Below are positions 45,417 to 60,320 of a stretch of DNA of 64,000 bases, one piece after another. Every line of letters begins with the position of its first letter. Positions within the stretch are counted from its first letter, which is position 1. The notes below the pieces were generated by a model, which saw only the letters and a list, made by a program, of their open reading frames with translations, did no database searches and had not been told where the DNA came from. Location of the stretch: the NCBI RefSeq assembly GCF_009914755.1, contig NC_060930.1; one strand, 5' to 3'. The position numbers and the translations under genes are program-made. Source of the stretch: the human T2T-CHM13v2.0 reference genome, Homo sapiens.

Positions 45417-47403
45417 TATTTCTGATATTAAAATGAGAGAGAAATTTCTCACATTATGTCCTCATAAGGAAAACACAGAAAATACAATGAGCAATATCAT
45501 CATTAACATTCTTAATAGTAAATACACTAATATATTGCAAAGAACTGACTCTTATAATGTCCATTAAGACGGACCAGTTACCAACAGGGAATTCAATAAA
45601 GGTATTTGTATGGGAAACTACAACAACACAGTTCACCACCCAGAAGAGGAAAAGCAATTTGCAAAGAATGTTCACTAGAGCATTTTTCTAGGATTAAATG
45701 ACTGTTAAATTGTAGCAAATCTGAAAATTCAGAGTCGTTTTTAAAAATTATGTAATTGTAAAAATTATCTAGCAGCAAGAAAAATATGTAAAATGTATTA
45801 AGTGAAATGGTAGGATACAAAATTAAGAGAATATCATACGGAAACATGAGGATACATCTGGCAGCTCACGTGTCCTAGAGCCCTGTACTACTAAAGGAAT
45901 CCAGCTGAGGTTCCTTGTGGAAACCATAATTGTATATGGGCAAAGATGATTAAATTTGCCAACATGAAAATAATTGTGTTAGATTGGCAGATTTGTGGAT
46001 GTTTTACTCCCTCTGCTTTCCAAACCAACTGTAATAAAGTTATACTGCCTTTAAAATAAAAACATACACATAATGCTTCCAGCTTTTTTAGAAAAGCAGT
46101 ATGAGAATTAACAACTTAAAGACAATGTCTGCACATTTTGCTGAAGACACTGTCTGGTATGATACTTGATATTCTTTCCATAAAGACCTCATGAACTCAT
46201 TTCTCTTTGAACTTAATGCTTAAAATTATAATGTGTCTCCTCTTATACATAAGCCAGTGAGAAGCACAATGTGTTTCCCTTTTTGCCTTACCTGCCAGAG
46301 AACCCCTGGCTAAACTGATTTCTCAACTGTGATAATTATCTTCTGTTAGAGACTCAGCATGATCTATATCTCTGTTCTTTTTCATTGATTTTGTCTTTTT
46401 TATGTTTAGCTATATTTTATATTATGTTTCAGCATTATATGCTGACTTAAAACCTTTTGGAGATATATGGAAATACATGCACAAATGAAAAGATAATCAA
46501 ATGACACGGCACACTTACTAAACATAAGAAAGAATTACTAAAGAACTGAACTGCCCAACAATAAAATAGGCTGATTCTCCAGGATTTTTGTTTATGGGAG
46601 CTTTGAAGCTTCGAATTATGAGAGATTCCTCAGCAAAGACAATACAGTAGTAGACTAGACATTCTTCACAACTTCTCTTATTCTATTAATGAAAAAGAAA
46701 TGGAGAAAAGAGAATATGATATGTGAACTATCAGAAATTTTAAAGATGGTTTAATTTTTTTTCTTTTACTGATGAGAAAAACAAAATCTAGAGGTCTGAA
46801 GTACACCGTTAGTTGTTTTCAGAGCTGGAATCTAAGTCTAGCCATATGAGTGATAGTAGAAACAATAGAAACATTTAACCACTAATTTCCTATTTCTTGA
46901 TCAAAGAAAAAAAGGTAAGAACTTATTATTTTCTCAGTAGGATGTTATATGTTCCAAAGCTTTCTGAGGGAAATCTTTCCCTTCTCTCTCAAAACTCTCC
47001 TAAAACTCTCAAAAAGCCTTCCCCATAATGAGGGAAAATCTCAGGACTCAATTCCTCTTCTCTTTTTCCCCACCCAATTTCAGCAATTAGTAGACATGTT
47101 GAACAGGGTAAACATGAAAGTCATACAGAAAGGTAACAAACGGTAATTAAAATACCTTGAAATCAATTTTTATCTCCTTTGGAAATACAAAGGAGTATTT
47201 TTTGTATTAGCTAATTTATTTTCATAGCAGATTACTGTATTTCATTTTTTCACCTTGTTTCTACATATGCAAGAAAACTATTGGTAATTTGATAATTATT
47301 AATTCTCATTTCTACAAGCAGATAGCTCTATTTCTTGGAAATTTCATCATATTTAATGAGGACCCATGCTGTTTATTTCAAACAAGGATTAGACAAAGGT
47401 TAC

Positions 47404-47902
47404 TGTGATGGTTACTTTTATGTGTCAAATTGACTGAGCTAAGAAATGCCTTGATAGCTAGTAAAGTGTTATTTCTGGGAGTATCTGTGAAGATGTCTCC
47501 AGAAGAGATTAGCATTTGAATTAGTAAAGAAGATCTTCCCTCATCAATGTGGGCCAGCATCCTACAATCCACTGAGGCCCTGAATAGAACAAAAAAGGTA
47601 GGATGGGCAACTTCACTCTCTCTCCTGGATGTCCATCTTTTCCTGCACTTGTACATCACAGCTCCTGGTTCTCAAGCCTTTGAGTTCTAAGACTCATACC
47701 ATTAGCTCTCCCACTTCTCAGGCCTTCAGAGGCCTCTGACTGAATAATTATACCATTGCCAGCCTTTCTGGGTTTCTACTTTGTAGATGGCAGATCATGG
47801 GACCTCTCAGCCTCCACAATTTTGTGAGCCAATTCCCATAATAAATTTCCACATATATATACTTTACTAGTTCTGTTTCTCTAGAGAATCCTGACTAATA
47901 CA
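47404..47902 (+). mobile_element. ERV-L solo LTR (MLT2, probably MLT2D-like)
   Basis: TGTGATGGTTACTTTTATGTGTCAAATTGACTG...TTCTGTTTCTCTAGAGAATCCTGACTAATACA. Confidence 0.85.
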
Positions 47903-48226
47903 ATTAAAGAGGGTAGACTATGTTTACTTTTATTTGTCATTGTTTGGTGCAAATGTAGGTCAGGTAACATACAAGTAAACACTTCACATAAAGACAAACC
48001 ACCCCTTAGTTACAGCCTGCACTTTGAAGGCTGGCTAATCATCTTCCTAATGACCCTTACTCATTCAGGAGTGAACCAGGTGAACAACTGTGAATTACTC
48101 AGTCCTATCCATCACTATTCCTAGAAAAACAGCTCAAAGTACACATTCCAATGAAAGATGGGCCAACAGCTCCATCTTTCAGTGCAAAACATAGCATTCT
48201 TTATGAGTAATAATAAAAGCTATTGA

Positions 48227-48595
<369 letters not shown>

Positions 48596-51500
48596 CTAAT
48601 CCTCATAACAACCTGATGGGGTTTACAGTGGAGAAAACTAGTTTATGAAGAGATCAAGTAATTTGTCCCAGGATACAGAGCAAATATCTATGAGTGCTAT
48701 GGTTCAAAACCAGGTAGTGAGATTCTGAAGCCCACACTCTTAATCCCTACATATCTCCCTCTATTGTCAACCAGCAAGCACTTTTAGGCAGCTATCACAA
48801 GGCACTGCTCACAGCTCCAAAAGCAAGTAACCTTGGAGCTACTGTTTAACAAGATGATAATGCTTTGGATAAAGTCTATTCTATGACTGACACCTCTTAA
48901 AGGGAAATACTAGGTTGCGCATTACCTTCTTACAGTATTTTTCTCCATCTAATACCATGACTCTATTTTCCTCAGTCTTACAGATACAAACCAAAATTTC
49001 AATTCACATTATCTTATTCCCCAAGTGTCCTCCCCATCTTGACTCCTCTCTCTCAATGAATGGCACTGCTATTCTGAAACCCAGACATGAAAGCTGGATT
49101 CCTCTCTTCCTGCCTTCTTAATTCTGGCTGGGCATTATACGCTATCAATTTGTCCTCTGCACTGCCACCACCTTGCTGTTTCTCTGCCTAGAGTGTTTCA
49201 GTAGCTCATAGTCTGTTTTCCATGTCTCCAGCCTCACTGTCCATCTTCCAGTCACCAACATCATCTTTCTAAAATGCAAATCTGACCTTGTTACTGTCCC
49301 CTTTAAAGCTCTTCAAGTGTTTCCCTACTGCCTAAAGTTCAGACCCCATAACAGAATTCTCCACTGCATCTTATCCTCAAGGTTTAAATGCTTATTTATT
49401 GCTCCCTGAATGTACTATGGTGTTTTCTATCTCTGTGCATTTTCACAAACTGTTAAGGTAGAATATCATTCTATTTACATATTACAGGGTAATTCATTTT
49501 TCAAGGCCCAGCTCAGGCATCTCCTCCTTTATGAAACCGCCCAGTGTAAGCGAGCAGAGTAGCTCACTTCGTCCTTAGCATCCACTGTGTATCTACCTCT
49601 GTTATTGAATTCATTCCACATCATTGCTTATATATTTACCCTGTACTTCTCCTACTGGACTTTGAGCCCTTTGATTGTAGAGACCATGTCTTCTTTATTA
49701 TCCTAGTACTTAGCACGAAATTTTCAAATCAGCATTATCATTATCATCATCATCATGACTAACACTTATTGAGCTCTTATTGTATGTCAAACATGGTGCC
49801 AAGACCTTCACACACATTATCTCAGTGAATTCTCACATCAGTCCTGATATGGGAAAGTGAAGCTGAGATGGCTTAAACAGTCTGTTCAAGACCACTCAAC
49901 TATTAAGTGATGGAGCTGAGACTGAAATCCAAATAGTTTGATGTCTGTGCTCTGCAACCTATTGGCTCAATAAGAGTTCTCAGCACATGTTTGATGGATA
50001 TGTAGATAAACAAATGGATGCACTAATAATGAATCTACAGAAGTAAGTCCCAAGCAGAACATGGCCTGTTCCATGAGTTTTGATGTTTATTCCTCTTGTT
50101 TTTTGTTTTGTTTCTTTTTTTCCTGAAATCTCAGTTGAAATATCCTATACCTGTTTCCCTCTGCCATTCACACAAAGTCTAAGGGGAGATTAAAAAAAAA
50201 AAAAAAACTCCAATAGCTTCTGAATTAGACTTTGAATCACATGATCAGTATCCACTTCTGTTGTGAACTTTTGAAACAAATTTGTTTCGATGTGCCGATT
50301 TGGTGATAATTTAGAGATCTTCATTTGGAGATCTTAATTTAGAGAGCTCATGGAGCATTTTTCTATCACAATTCAAGAAAGCTTCAATAAGCACATCCTT
50401 GTGGGTGGAATACCATCTGACAATTACAATGACATCATCCTGAGCCTTGTACTTGAAAGGCAGCATGGTGGGGAAGAGCCTGAGCATGGTCTCACAGAGA
50501 GCTGGATTGGAAATGAGATCTGCTACTTACATGCAAATCAATTAATTCATCTTCTCTAAGCCTCAGTTTCCTCACTGTAAAGCCAAAAAGAACACTCCCT
50601 GCAGGATCATGGTGAAGATTATAATAAATACACCTAAATCAGGGTGAGCGTTCCATGCATAGTAACTACTATTACTTGTTTCCAAAACCCCACACAAATA
50701 GCATCACTAAGCCCGGCCCTTTCATGAGCTCTCTTTGGGTGGTTACTTTTCCTTTCAGGGACTAAGATATAAGACAAGGATAGAGACAGCGGTGAGGGCA
50801 AAACACTGCAACTACAATTTTTAGTAATGTGTTTAAATATTTAAATGCTACAATGTTTATTTTTAAAAGGAATGATGAATGAGATCTCAATCTTATATTT
50901 CTGTACTAGAGTTTGCAAAGAATTTTCACATATTCTTTTTTATTGTACAATGGGGTGGATGTCCACATAAGTTCTGAGTCAGATAGCCTGGCTATAAACC
51001 TCAGATTCTTTACTTTCTAGCTGTGTGACCTTGGACAGCTACTCCATGACGCAGTTACTTCCACTGTAAATTGGTGGTAATAATAGTACCTACTTCAAAT
51101 AAATATGCTAAAACATGTAGAAATGTTCAGGACAGTGTCTAGCACAAGGGAAGCACTCTGTAGATATTATTCTCATCAACCAATAACGTAGACAGGACTG
51201 ATGCTACAACTATTTTATAGATGATGAAACTGAGGCTCACGCAGTGGATGCCCAGAGCTTCTGTTCCAATCTGGAGTGATTTTGAGATAAAGAAAAAAGA
51301 TAAAGAGGAAAGTATCAATACTTTCTCCCAACAAGCAGCAAAATCATTATGATTAGAATGCTGAGTGCTTATATTATACATATATTTTATAGTAGACAAC
51401 TTTTCAATACAGTGATGTTGCCTTTTGGTTGGGGGGGAACAGTTATTTGAGGCTATTTTTATACCATTAATATGTGTACAAATTTATGTCTGGGACTATT

Positions 51501-54500
51501 TATGTGAAACATGGGGTTAATTATTCATTCTCTCCTAGCCTTTGCCATGACTCTCAATTAGATGCAACATTCTTCTCCATCCCACTTACTCAGGATGTGG
51601 CCAAATGACTTGCTTTGGTGAATTGAGTAGGGGCAACCATGACAAACAGCTGTCTTCACAGAAGCTTTAAATAATTTGGTTTGCTTCTTCTTAGTCTTCT
51701 GCTCTCCGCCATGAGAAACCCATGACTCACATAGCAGCAGCTCCTTTAGCCTGAGTTCCAGAATGAAAGGTACATGGAGATTACCCTAGGCCTGTCTACC
51801 TTAGACAGAGCCCAGTCGAGCCATGACCAAACCAGCAGCCATTATATAGCTTGATTAAACCACTGAGATTTATGGGTAAAAGTGATTAATACAGGACATT
51901 TCAAAGAAAGCACTGTGACTTCTGTATAATGTTTAAAAAATATCAACAGATCCTGTTTTAGAGCTATCTGCTCACATCTAGTCATGTTAGCACGGATGAG
52001 TAACACTCTATCTAGCCTTTAATTCCTTCAGTTATGAAAACAGTGTTTTAAAGAGGTGATCTCTTCAGTTCAAGTTCTCTACTTCTAAGATTCTAGCAAG
52101 AAGGTTTACAGAAATAAAGTTATCATAACATTCAAACGTGGTGGAGAAAAATTATGATCTCTACTTTCTGAAAGAGAAAACTGAACCACAAACATTTAGA
52201 TGAAATCTGAAAATTCTAGAGACTCATTATTGTGACAAGGCACATCCAGGGAAATGTGGTGGGTTATACATCGAGTAATGTGTGTTGACACTGGGATTCT
52301 GCTCTGTGGGCATCCCTTCTACCCCTGATAGCAGCTCCATTAATTTGCCTAATTCTTATTTTTTTGCAAACTAAATTATCCAAACAAACAAAACAAAATG
52401 CTGAAGCTACATCACAAATTCCGGAGAGAAAAGAACAAACCCAGTACCTTCTTTCTTCCTTCCCACAGGCAATTATAATAGCATCTCAATCTCTTCATAG
52501 GCCATGGATGCCAAGCTACAATCATGGGACAAGCTCTATGAAGGTTCTTTATTGCTCAGGCTTGAGTGCTAATGACAATAGCAAATACTGATTTTGCTCG
52601 CTATGTGCCAGGCTATGTTCTAAGCAGTTTTCATGCATTAACTCATTTAATCCAAACACCACCACCAAGAGGTAGGTACTATGTTTTATCTCCATTTTAC
52701 TGAAAAGGAAGCTGAGGCATGGAGAGGCTAAGTGACTTGCCTAAAGCCACAGTTCTAGTAATAGAAAGAACCCAAACCCAAGCACCCTGGCTGCAGAGTT
52801 CGTTATCATAAACTGCAATACTCTTAATGGGAGAACCCATTTGGAGCTCTGATGACCTTATCCTTCCAATCAAGATAATCTTAGCATAAAATTCTGCTTT
52901 CAGATTTCTTACAAATTGAAGACATAAGAAAGCAATCCTCATTTCTACTCTAACTCGTTATTATTATACACATAAAATTAAGTGTTTTCCTTTATTTTGA
53001 CCATTTGCTTATCTTATAAAAACCAGAGTAACACAACAAATTAATATCTTTCCTATACGGGTGTCTCTTTTCATTTAGTTGGCATTACCCCTCTACTGCC
53101 AATTAGAACATATGCTTCACAATGCAGGAACTGTATCGCTTGCCATTTAGTCCAGCCCTCTGAATACTTACTGGCACTTAGTAGGCATTAAATAAATATT
53201 TGATGAATGAATGGATGGGTTTGTAAATGAATCACAAGTTCTTTAAGGCATGGATCATCTCTTTGTTCGGGACTATACATACAACAGATATATAGAAAGT
53301 GCTGTTCACTATAATTATGTAAAAATGAAAGTATAATTTTTGCTTATTTTTCCTTCTTTTATGCTTGTGCTTCCTACTTACTTTACTTTTCACAAAACCT
53401 TTTTTACAAACATCTGCAGGTGGTAAAGAGATAGCTCTGCAGAGAGAGGGGATTGAAAGAAAGTCCCTGCTCTGCTGAAACAAATAGGAAAATAAAATTC
53501 CAGCAATGCATAGGCTTTTAAGACAACAAAATAGTTTCTCAGATTGCAGTTTCTGTGCCAAATTTTCTAATAATATAATGCAAGGCATGTTTCTAAAATG
53601 CATTATAAATGACTTCATGATTGACAGGATGCTGATAAATAGTTATAAAGCAGCTAATGTGCATATATCATTTTAGATACATGGTTTAAAATTAGAAACA
53701 ATAACTTATTAAATTGGATTGTGTTTATTTCATTCATTTTTATATCATGAACACATTTTGTGTAACTATCACCATATAAAAACTAGGTGCCTAAACCATT
53801 AAGAAAAATTAAGCTTTGGTCAATTTTTTGACGTTCATAAAGCAAAACTGCTACTGTATGGAAGTGGTTTCATATAGCATAAATTACTAAAAATGCTTTT
53901 AAATTGTACATTTGTTTTCAACTAAAATCAGATATTCTTCTTTTTATGAATTAATGGGTCATGAAAACTAAAAACAAACAAAGTTAACAAAAACCTTCTA
54001 TGTTTTGTCTACATGATGGCGTGTTACTTCTGACATGCCACAAGAAGGAGCACATGTTTGAGTGAAAGCCCTCCAGTGGCCCACAGATGTAAATTAAGAG
54101 TATGGAGGGAAGAGTTGAGTAGCACTCAACATCATAGTGTCCTGTTTGTATACGCGATACACTACTTGGACTTCATTTCACATTATTTTTTCAATAACAT
54201 ATTTTTGTCACTTGGAATAACAAAAGTAAATTTCTTACATATCTTATTTGATTTAAGAATCAGGCAGCCTTAAGATTCAAACATTTATTTAGTTGTTATT
54301 TACCTGAAATACAAACTGAACTTAATTTCTCAAGCCCAGTGAAAAGAAAGAGGAACTGGATGCCCTCTTTCTGACTGACTTTCATCACCAGGGCCAAAGA
54401 GCTTTAATTTCCTGTTCAATCCAAAACCCGCACCAGGTCTTCTCAAATGTTTGAGATCATTTTTTTTCAATTTGAGATCATTATGTCTACATGATATCTC

Positions 54501-54721
54501 GGTCTGAGAAGCAGAGAGACCAGTCAATCTCAGTTCTGGCACTTTCTAGCTATCCAAAAATATTATCCATATTGGATTTATCATGGCCAAATTGATAATA
54601 TATACAATCCAGTAGCTTTGTTAGTTATTCAAGCATAATGGTGGTAATAGACTAACAATTTACAGATCTTTTTATTTGCTAAATGGTTCAAAAGTGCATC
54701 ACAGAAAACAATTTCCAATTC

Positions 54722-57590
54722 TTTTATTTATCTATTTTATTTTAGATTCAGGGGGTACATATGCAGGTTTGTTATATTAATATATTGCATAATGGTGAAG
54801 TTTGGGCTCCTAGTGAACCCATCACCCAAATAGTAAGCTTTGTACCTAAATAGATACATTTTTAAACTCTCACTCCCTTCCCATCCTACCCCTTTGTTGA
54901 GTCCCCAGTGTCTATTATTTCCATTTTTATGTTCATGTACCCATGGTTTAACTTCCACTTGTAAGTGAGAACATGTGATAATTGGTTTTCTGTTTTTGAG
55001 TTATTTCACTAAGGATAATGCCCTCCAGTTCCATCCATGTTGCTGCAGAGAACATGATTTCATTCTTTCTTAGTATAGTATTCCATGGAAAATACATACC
55101 ACATTTTCTTTATTCAACCATTGATTGACACTTATGTTGATACCACATGACCTTGCTATTGTGCATACTGCTGCAAATAAACATACAGGTGCAGGTGTCT
55201 TTTTGGGATAACCATTTCTTTCACTTTGTGTAAATACCCAGTAGTGGGATTGCTCAGTCAAATAGTAGGTCTATTTTCAGTTCTTTGAGAAATGTCCACA
55301 CTGTTTTCCATAGGAGTTATACTAATTTACATTCCCACTACCAGTGCACAAGCATTCCCTTTTCTCCACATCCTCACCAATATCTGTTATTTCTTGATGT
55401 TTTAATAGTAGCCATTCTGAATGGTGTAGGATGGTATCTCATTATGGTTTTAATTTTCACTTCTCTGAGGATTAGCAACGTTGAGTATTTCATGTTTGTT
55501 GGTTGCTTCTGTGTCTTTTGAGGAATGTCTGTTCCTGTCCTCAACTTACTTTTTAATGGAGTTGTTATTTTCTTGTTGATTGGTTTGAGTTCTTTATAGA
55601 CTCTGGACATTACTCCTTTGCTGAATGCATAATTTGTAAATATTTTCTCCCATTCTGTAGGCTGCCTGTTTACTCTGTTGATTGTTTCTTTTGCTGTGCA
55701 GAAGCTCTTTAGTTTAATTAAGTCCCACTTGTCTATTTTTGTTTGTGTTGCATTTCCTTTTGAGATCTTAATAATAAATTATTTGCCTAGGTCAATGTCT
55801 GAAAGATATTTTCCTAGGTTTTCCTCTAGGACTTTTATAGGTTCAAGCATCACATTTAAGTCTTTAATCCATCTTGGGTTAATTTTTGTATTTAGAGAGA
55901 GGGGTCCAGTTTCATTCTTCTGCATACGGCTACACAATTTTCCCAGCACAATATATTGCATAGGGTGTCCTTTCGTTATTGTTGAATTTGTCAACTTTTG
56001 TTGAAGATCAGTTGGTTTTGGCTATGTGGCTTTATTCTTGGGTTATCTATTCTGTTCTATTGATCCGTATGCCTACTTTTGTACCATTACCATTCTGTTG
56101 TACTTATTATAGCCTTGTAATGTAGCATGAAGTTGGGTAATGTGATGCCTCCAACTTTGTTCCTTTTGCTTAGGATTGCTTTGGCTATTTGTGCTCTTTT
56201 TTGGTGCCATGTGAATTTTAGAATTTTTTTTCTAATTCTGTGAAATATGACATTGGTAATTTGATAGAAACTGCATTGAATTTGTAGATTGCCTTGGGCA
56301 GTATAGTCATTTTAATGATATTATTCTTCCTATCCATGAGCATGGGATGTTTTTCCATTTGTTTGTGTCATCTACAGTTTCTTTCATCAGTGTTTTATAG
56401 TTGTCCTTGTAGAGGTCTTTCACCATCTTGGCTAAATGCATTCCTAGGTATTTTACCTTTGTTGTGGCTATTGCAAATAAGACTGAGTCCTTGATTGGTT
56501 CTCAGGTTGACTGCTGTTTGTGTATAAAGATGCAACTAATTTTTATATGTTAATTTTGTATCTGGAAACTTTACTGAAGTTATTTATCAAGTCTAGGAGT
56601 CTTTTGGAGAAATCTTTCAGGTTTTCTAGGTGTAAGATCACGTCATCGGTGAAGACAGACAATTTGAAATCCACTTTTCCAATTTAAATGACTTTTATTT
56701 CTTTTTCTTGTCTGATTGCTCTGGCTACAATTTCCAGTACTATATTGAATAGGAGTGGTGAGAGTGGACATCCTTGTTTTGTTCCAGTTCTTAGAAAGAA
56801 TGCTTTCAACTTTTTCCCATTCAGTATGATGTTGGCTGTGGGTTTATCATCTAAGGCTCTTATTATTTTGAGTTATGTTCCTTTGATGCATAGTTTGTTC
56901 AGTTTTTATTATGAAGGGATGTTGGATTTTATTGAATGTTTTTGCTTCATCTATTGAGATGGTTGCATAATTTTTGTTTTTAATTCTGTTTATGTGGTGA
57001 GTTACATTGATCAATTTGCATATGTTGAATCATCCTCCATTTATTCCTGAAATAAAACCCACTTGATCATGATGAATTATCTTTTTGGTATACTGTTGAA
57101 TTCAGTTTGCTAGTATTTTGTTGAGGATTTTTGTATCCATGTTCATCAGGGATATTAGCCTACAGTATTATTTTTTTGTTATCCTTGCCAGATTTTTGTA
57201 TCAGGATGATAATGATTTTGTAGAATGAGTTAGAGAGGAATCCCTCCTCCTCAATTTTTTTGAATAGCTGCAGTAAGATTGATGCTAGCTCTTCTTTGTA
57301 TGTCTAGTATAACTTAGCTGTGAATCTGTCTGGTCCTGGGATTTTTGTTGTTGGTGGTAGATTTTTTTATTACTGATTCAGTTTCAGTATTCATTATTGG
57401 TCTATTTTGGGAATTTTATTTCCCAAAAATTTTATTTCCCAGTCATAATGTCACTTTATCATTTCTGACTGTGCTTCTTTGAATCTTCTCTCTCTCTTTT
57501 TGTTTCTTTCTTTTAGTTAACCTAGCTAATAGTCTATTTTGTTTATCCTTTCAAAGAAATAACTTTTTCATTTCATTCATCCTTTGCTCT
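54722..57590 (-). mobile_element. Old 5'-truncated L1 (L1PA15-17-like), sense to FRK
   Basis: Degenerate ORF2 peptides on the minus strand and matching 3'UTR type. Approximate. Confidence 0.85.
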
Positions 57591-60047
57591 TTCAAAGTAA
57601 GAAAGGTTCTTAATAATAAACATTGTCTTAACAGAAAAACAAATTCTGTGCCACTATTTTCCATTTGCTTTTACTCTCTACTAAGCATAATGGTGTTTGT
57701 TGTCTCATCTCCTGTAATGCCCTCCCTTATAAATCCCTTCAAAAGAAGTAATTGCTCTCTTTTCTGGGTCTTAAATCACTTTGCATATAACTTGATTATT
57801 ATGCTTGTCATAGTGTGACCTATTTATTTGCTTACATAATTATGTCACATAGTAAACACAAATGAAAGTGCTATGATAAATGAGTAAATGTATGAATCAA
57901 TGATTAAATGAATGGTTAAAAATAGTTCAAAGTGTTTCTCCAAATAGTTTTGAAAATTTCTTTTCTATATAAAGACAAATTGAGGCCAGGAAAAAAAACA
58001 GTACCATTCTTATTAAAACAATTCAACCTTTATAAGAAAACAGTTATAAAGAAAACACTTCAACATGCAAAACACCATGCTATGTCTTGAGTACCTTGCT
58101 CAAAGAAAGTAAAGAGAAAGGTTTAGAAGATGGGAAGTGCAAGTCTTAATCGTGCAATAGCTTATGTCATAGCATAGCATAGTTTAACTTAAAGTAATAC
58201 AAACGATTAGACAAGAAATGGCTTTTAGCAAGGCTATGAAGGGCTTAAATGTCAAGGTAAATAGGAATGTATGAGGTTTGTAAAGGAGAGCTATTGAAGG
58301 CTTTTGACTCTTCTAAATAAAAGAGAATGAGATACAATACCAAAGCAATGCATAAACTTCTATCTATTATATCAAAAAGCAAATAAATAGAGAACCAGAA
58401 AGGACATTGGGAGAGATTCGAGTATGAACTCTAATAAATAATATTGTTGTATCCATCTGAAATTTTCTAGGTTTAATAATGGAAATGTAATAATGTAGGA
58501 GAGTGTCCTTATTCATAAGACATAAATACTAATGCTAAAATTTTTAAAGTTGAGGTGACATGATATCTACAACCTATACACGGATGTATGTAGATATACA
58601 AATAAAGGCGAGAGAGAGGGAGAAAGTAAATGTCACAAGGTGTTAACATTTAGTAATTTTAGGTGGAAGTATGCAGTTATCAACTTTATCAACAGTCAGG
58701 CAAAATGTATACTTATCAACTTTTTAAATAAGTTATGAGAAAAATAAGAAAGATTTTATATGTTTTTATTGAGTTTTGATACGTAATGCTGTGAAGAATT
58801 CTGAAGCCAACTCAATTCTCATTCTTTTGTGATTAACTTATTTTTTCCCTGGATGTTCACAGAATTTTTTTCATTTTTCCTTGATATTATAATATCTTGA
58901 AAAGATGCCCTAGGTATAAATGTTTTCACTTATTTTGCTTGAAACACTGTATTTTCAATCTGCCAACACGAATTTAAACATTAATATAAAAGAGGGCTTG
59001 GCCTGACTTCACCACTACACAATATATTCATATAACAAAACTATACTTATACCCCATAAATTTATACAAATAAAAAAATTAAGGGCAAATGTAAGCATGC
59101 TTTCTTGAAAAATAAAAAAGAACTGAGGAAAGCTTTCTTATGCTACATATTTAACTATTGCTTGCATTTAATTATTCTAATAAATTTCAAAGAAATGTCT
59201 CCTCTTTGTGCATCATCTGTCCTCACAAACTTTAATCTATTATTCTTTCTCCCCAAAGAGCATCTCAAGTATGCTCTTTATATCACTAAGTGATATCTCT
59301 CATCAATTGCCTTTTCATGCTGCTTTTTATGCTTAATTTCATAGAATTTGTGCTTTCTTGTATTCTGAGATTTCAAATCAAATGATTTCAAAATTTATCT
59401 ACTGTTCCTTTCAGTGAATTATGTCTCAAATGTAGGAGTTTTCTATCTTCACGTTATTGTCATCTCTTATAGTATTCTTTTTCCCAAACCATGTTTTATA
59501 GAAAACTTAATGGTTCTATGACCAAGTAGTTTGAGATATTCAGGGTTGAAAAAGTTCTATTTCTTTGCCATAAGACTTATCAGAGACTTTAGTATGCTTT
59601 GTCAAGTCAAGGCAGAGATAATGTAACATGGGGTACTTTCAAGTGCACGTAACTGCTGAACCCCCTCTTTCCAGTGAAACACTATTGGCTTATCAAAGAA
59701 TTGGGGTCCTAGAAGATAAGTTGGGAAATTTTGTTATTGGGTATCCAGAATCTCACAACCTCCCCCCCCCCCGCCTTTTTTTTGTCATTATACTCATCTT
59801 TGAATGAAAAGAAACCTGGTACTTAGAAAAACATGTGCCTGTCCTCCTCGCTATGCATTTGGATGAGTCTACACTTTCTTCTGTTAACTCACACACAGCA
59901 GGGCTGCAAATGCATTAAGTCTCTAAACATATTAGCAATGTCTAACAAATATTCAATCCCTATGATTTTGCCAGAAAAAGAGTGGATCTTCCCCTACTTT
60001 ACTGGCATGGCCACTGACAATAAGAAACAGAATTTAATACTTTGCAA

Positions 60048-60320
60048 TTGTTATGACCTGCAATTGCAATTGTGTCCCTTTCTCAAAATTTATATATTGA
60101 AGGCTTAAATCTCAATGTGATGGTGTTTGGAGGTGAAGCCTTTGGGAGGCGATTAAATTTAAATGAGAACATGAGGGGTGGAGCCTCCATAATGGGATTA
60201 ATGCCCTTATAAGAAGAAAAAGAGACCAAAGCCCTCTCTCTTTCTCTCCCATGTGAGGATACAATAAGAAGGTGGCCATCTGCAAACCAGGAAGAAAGCC
60301 CACACCAGACAACAAATCTG
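60048..60320 (+). mobile_element. Partial MaLR LTR (MLT1A/MST-like)
   Basis: AATGTGATGGTGTTTGGAGGTG...ATGGGATTAATGCCCTTATAAGAAG...GGCCATCTGCAAACCAGGAAG. Confidence 0.7.
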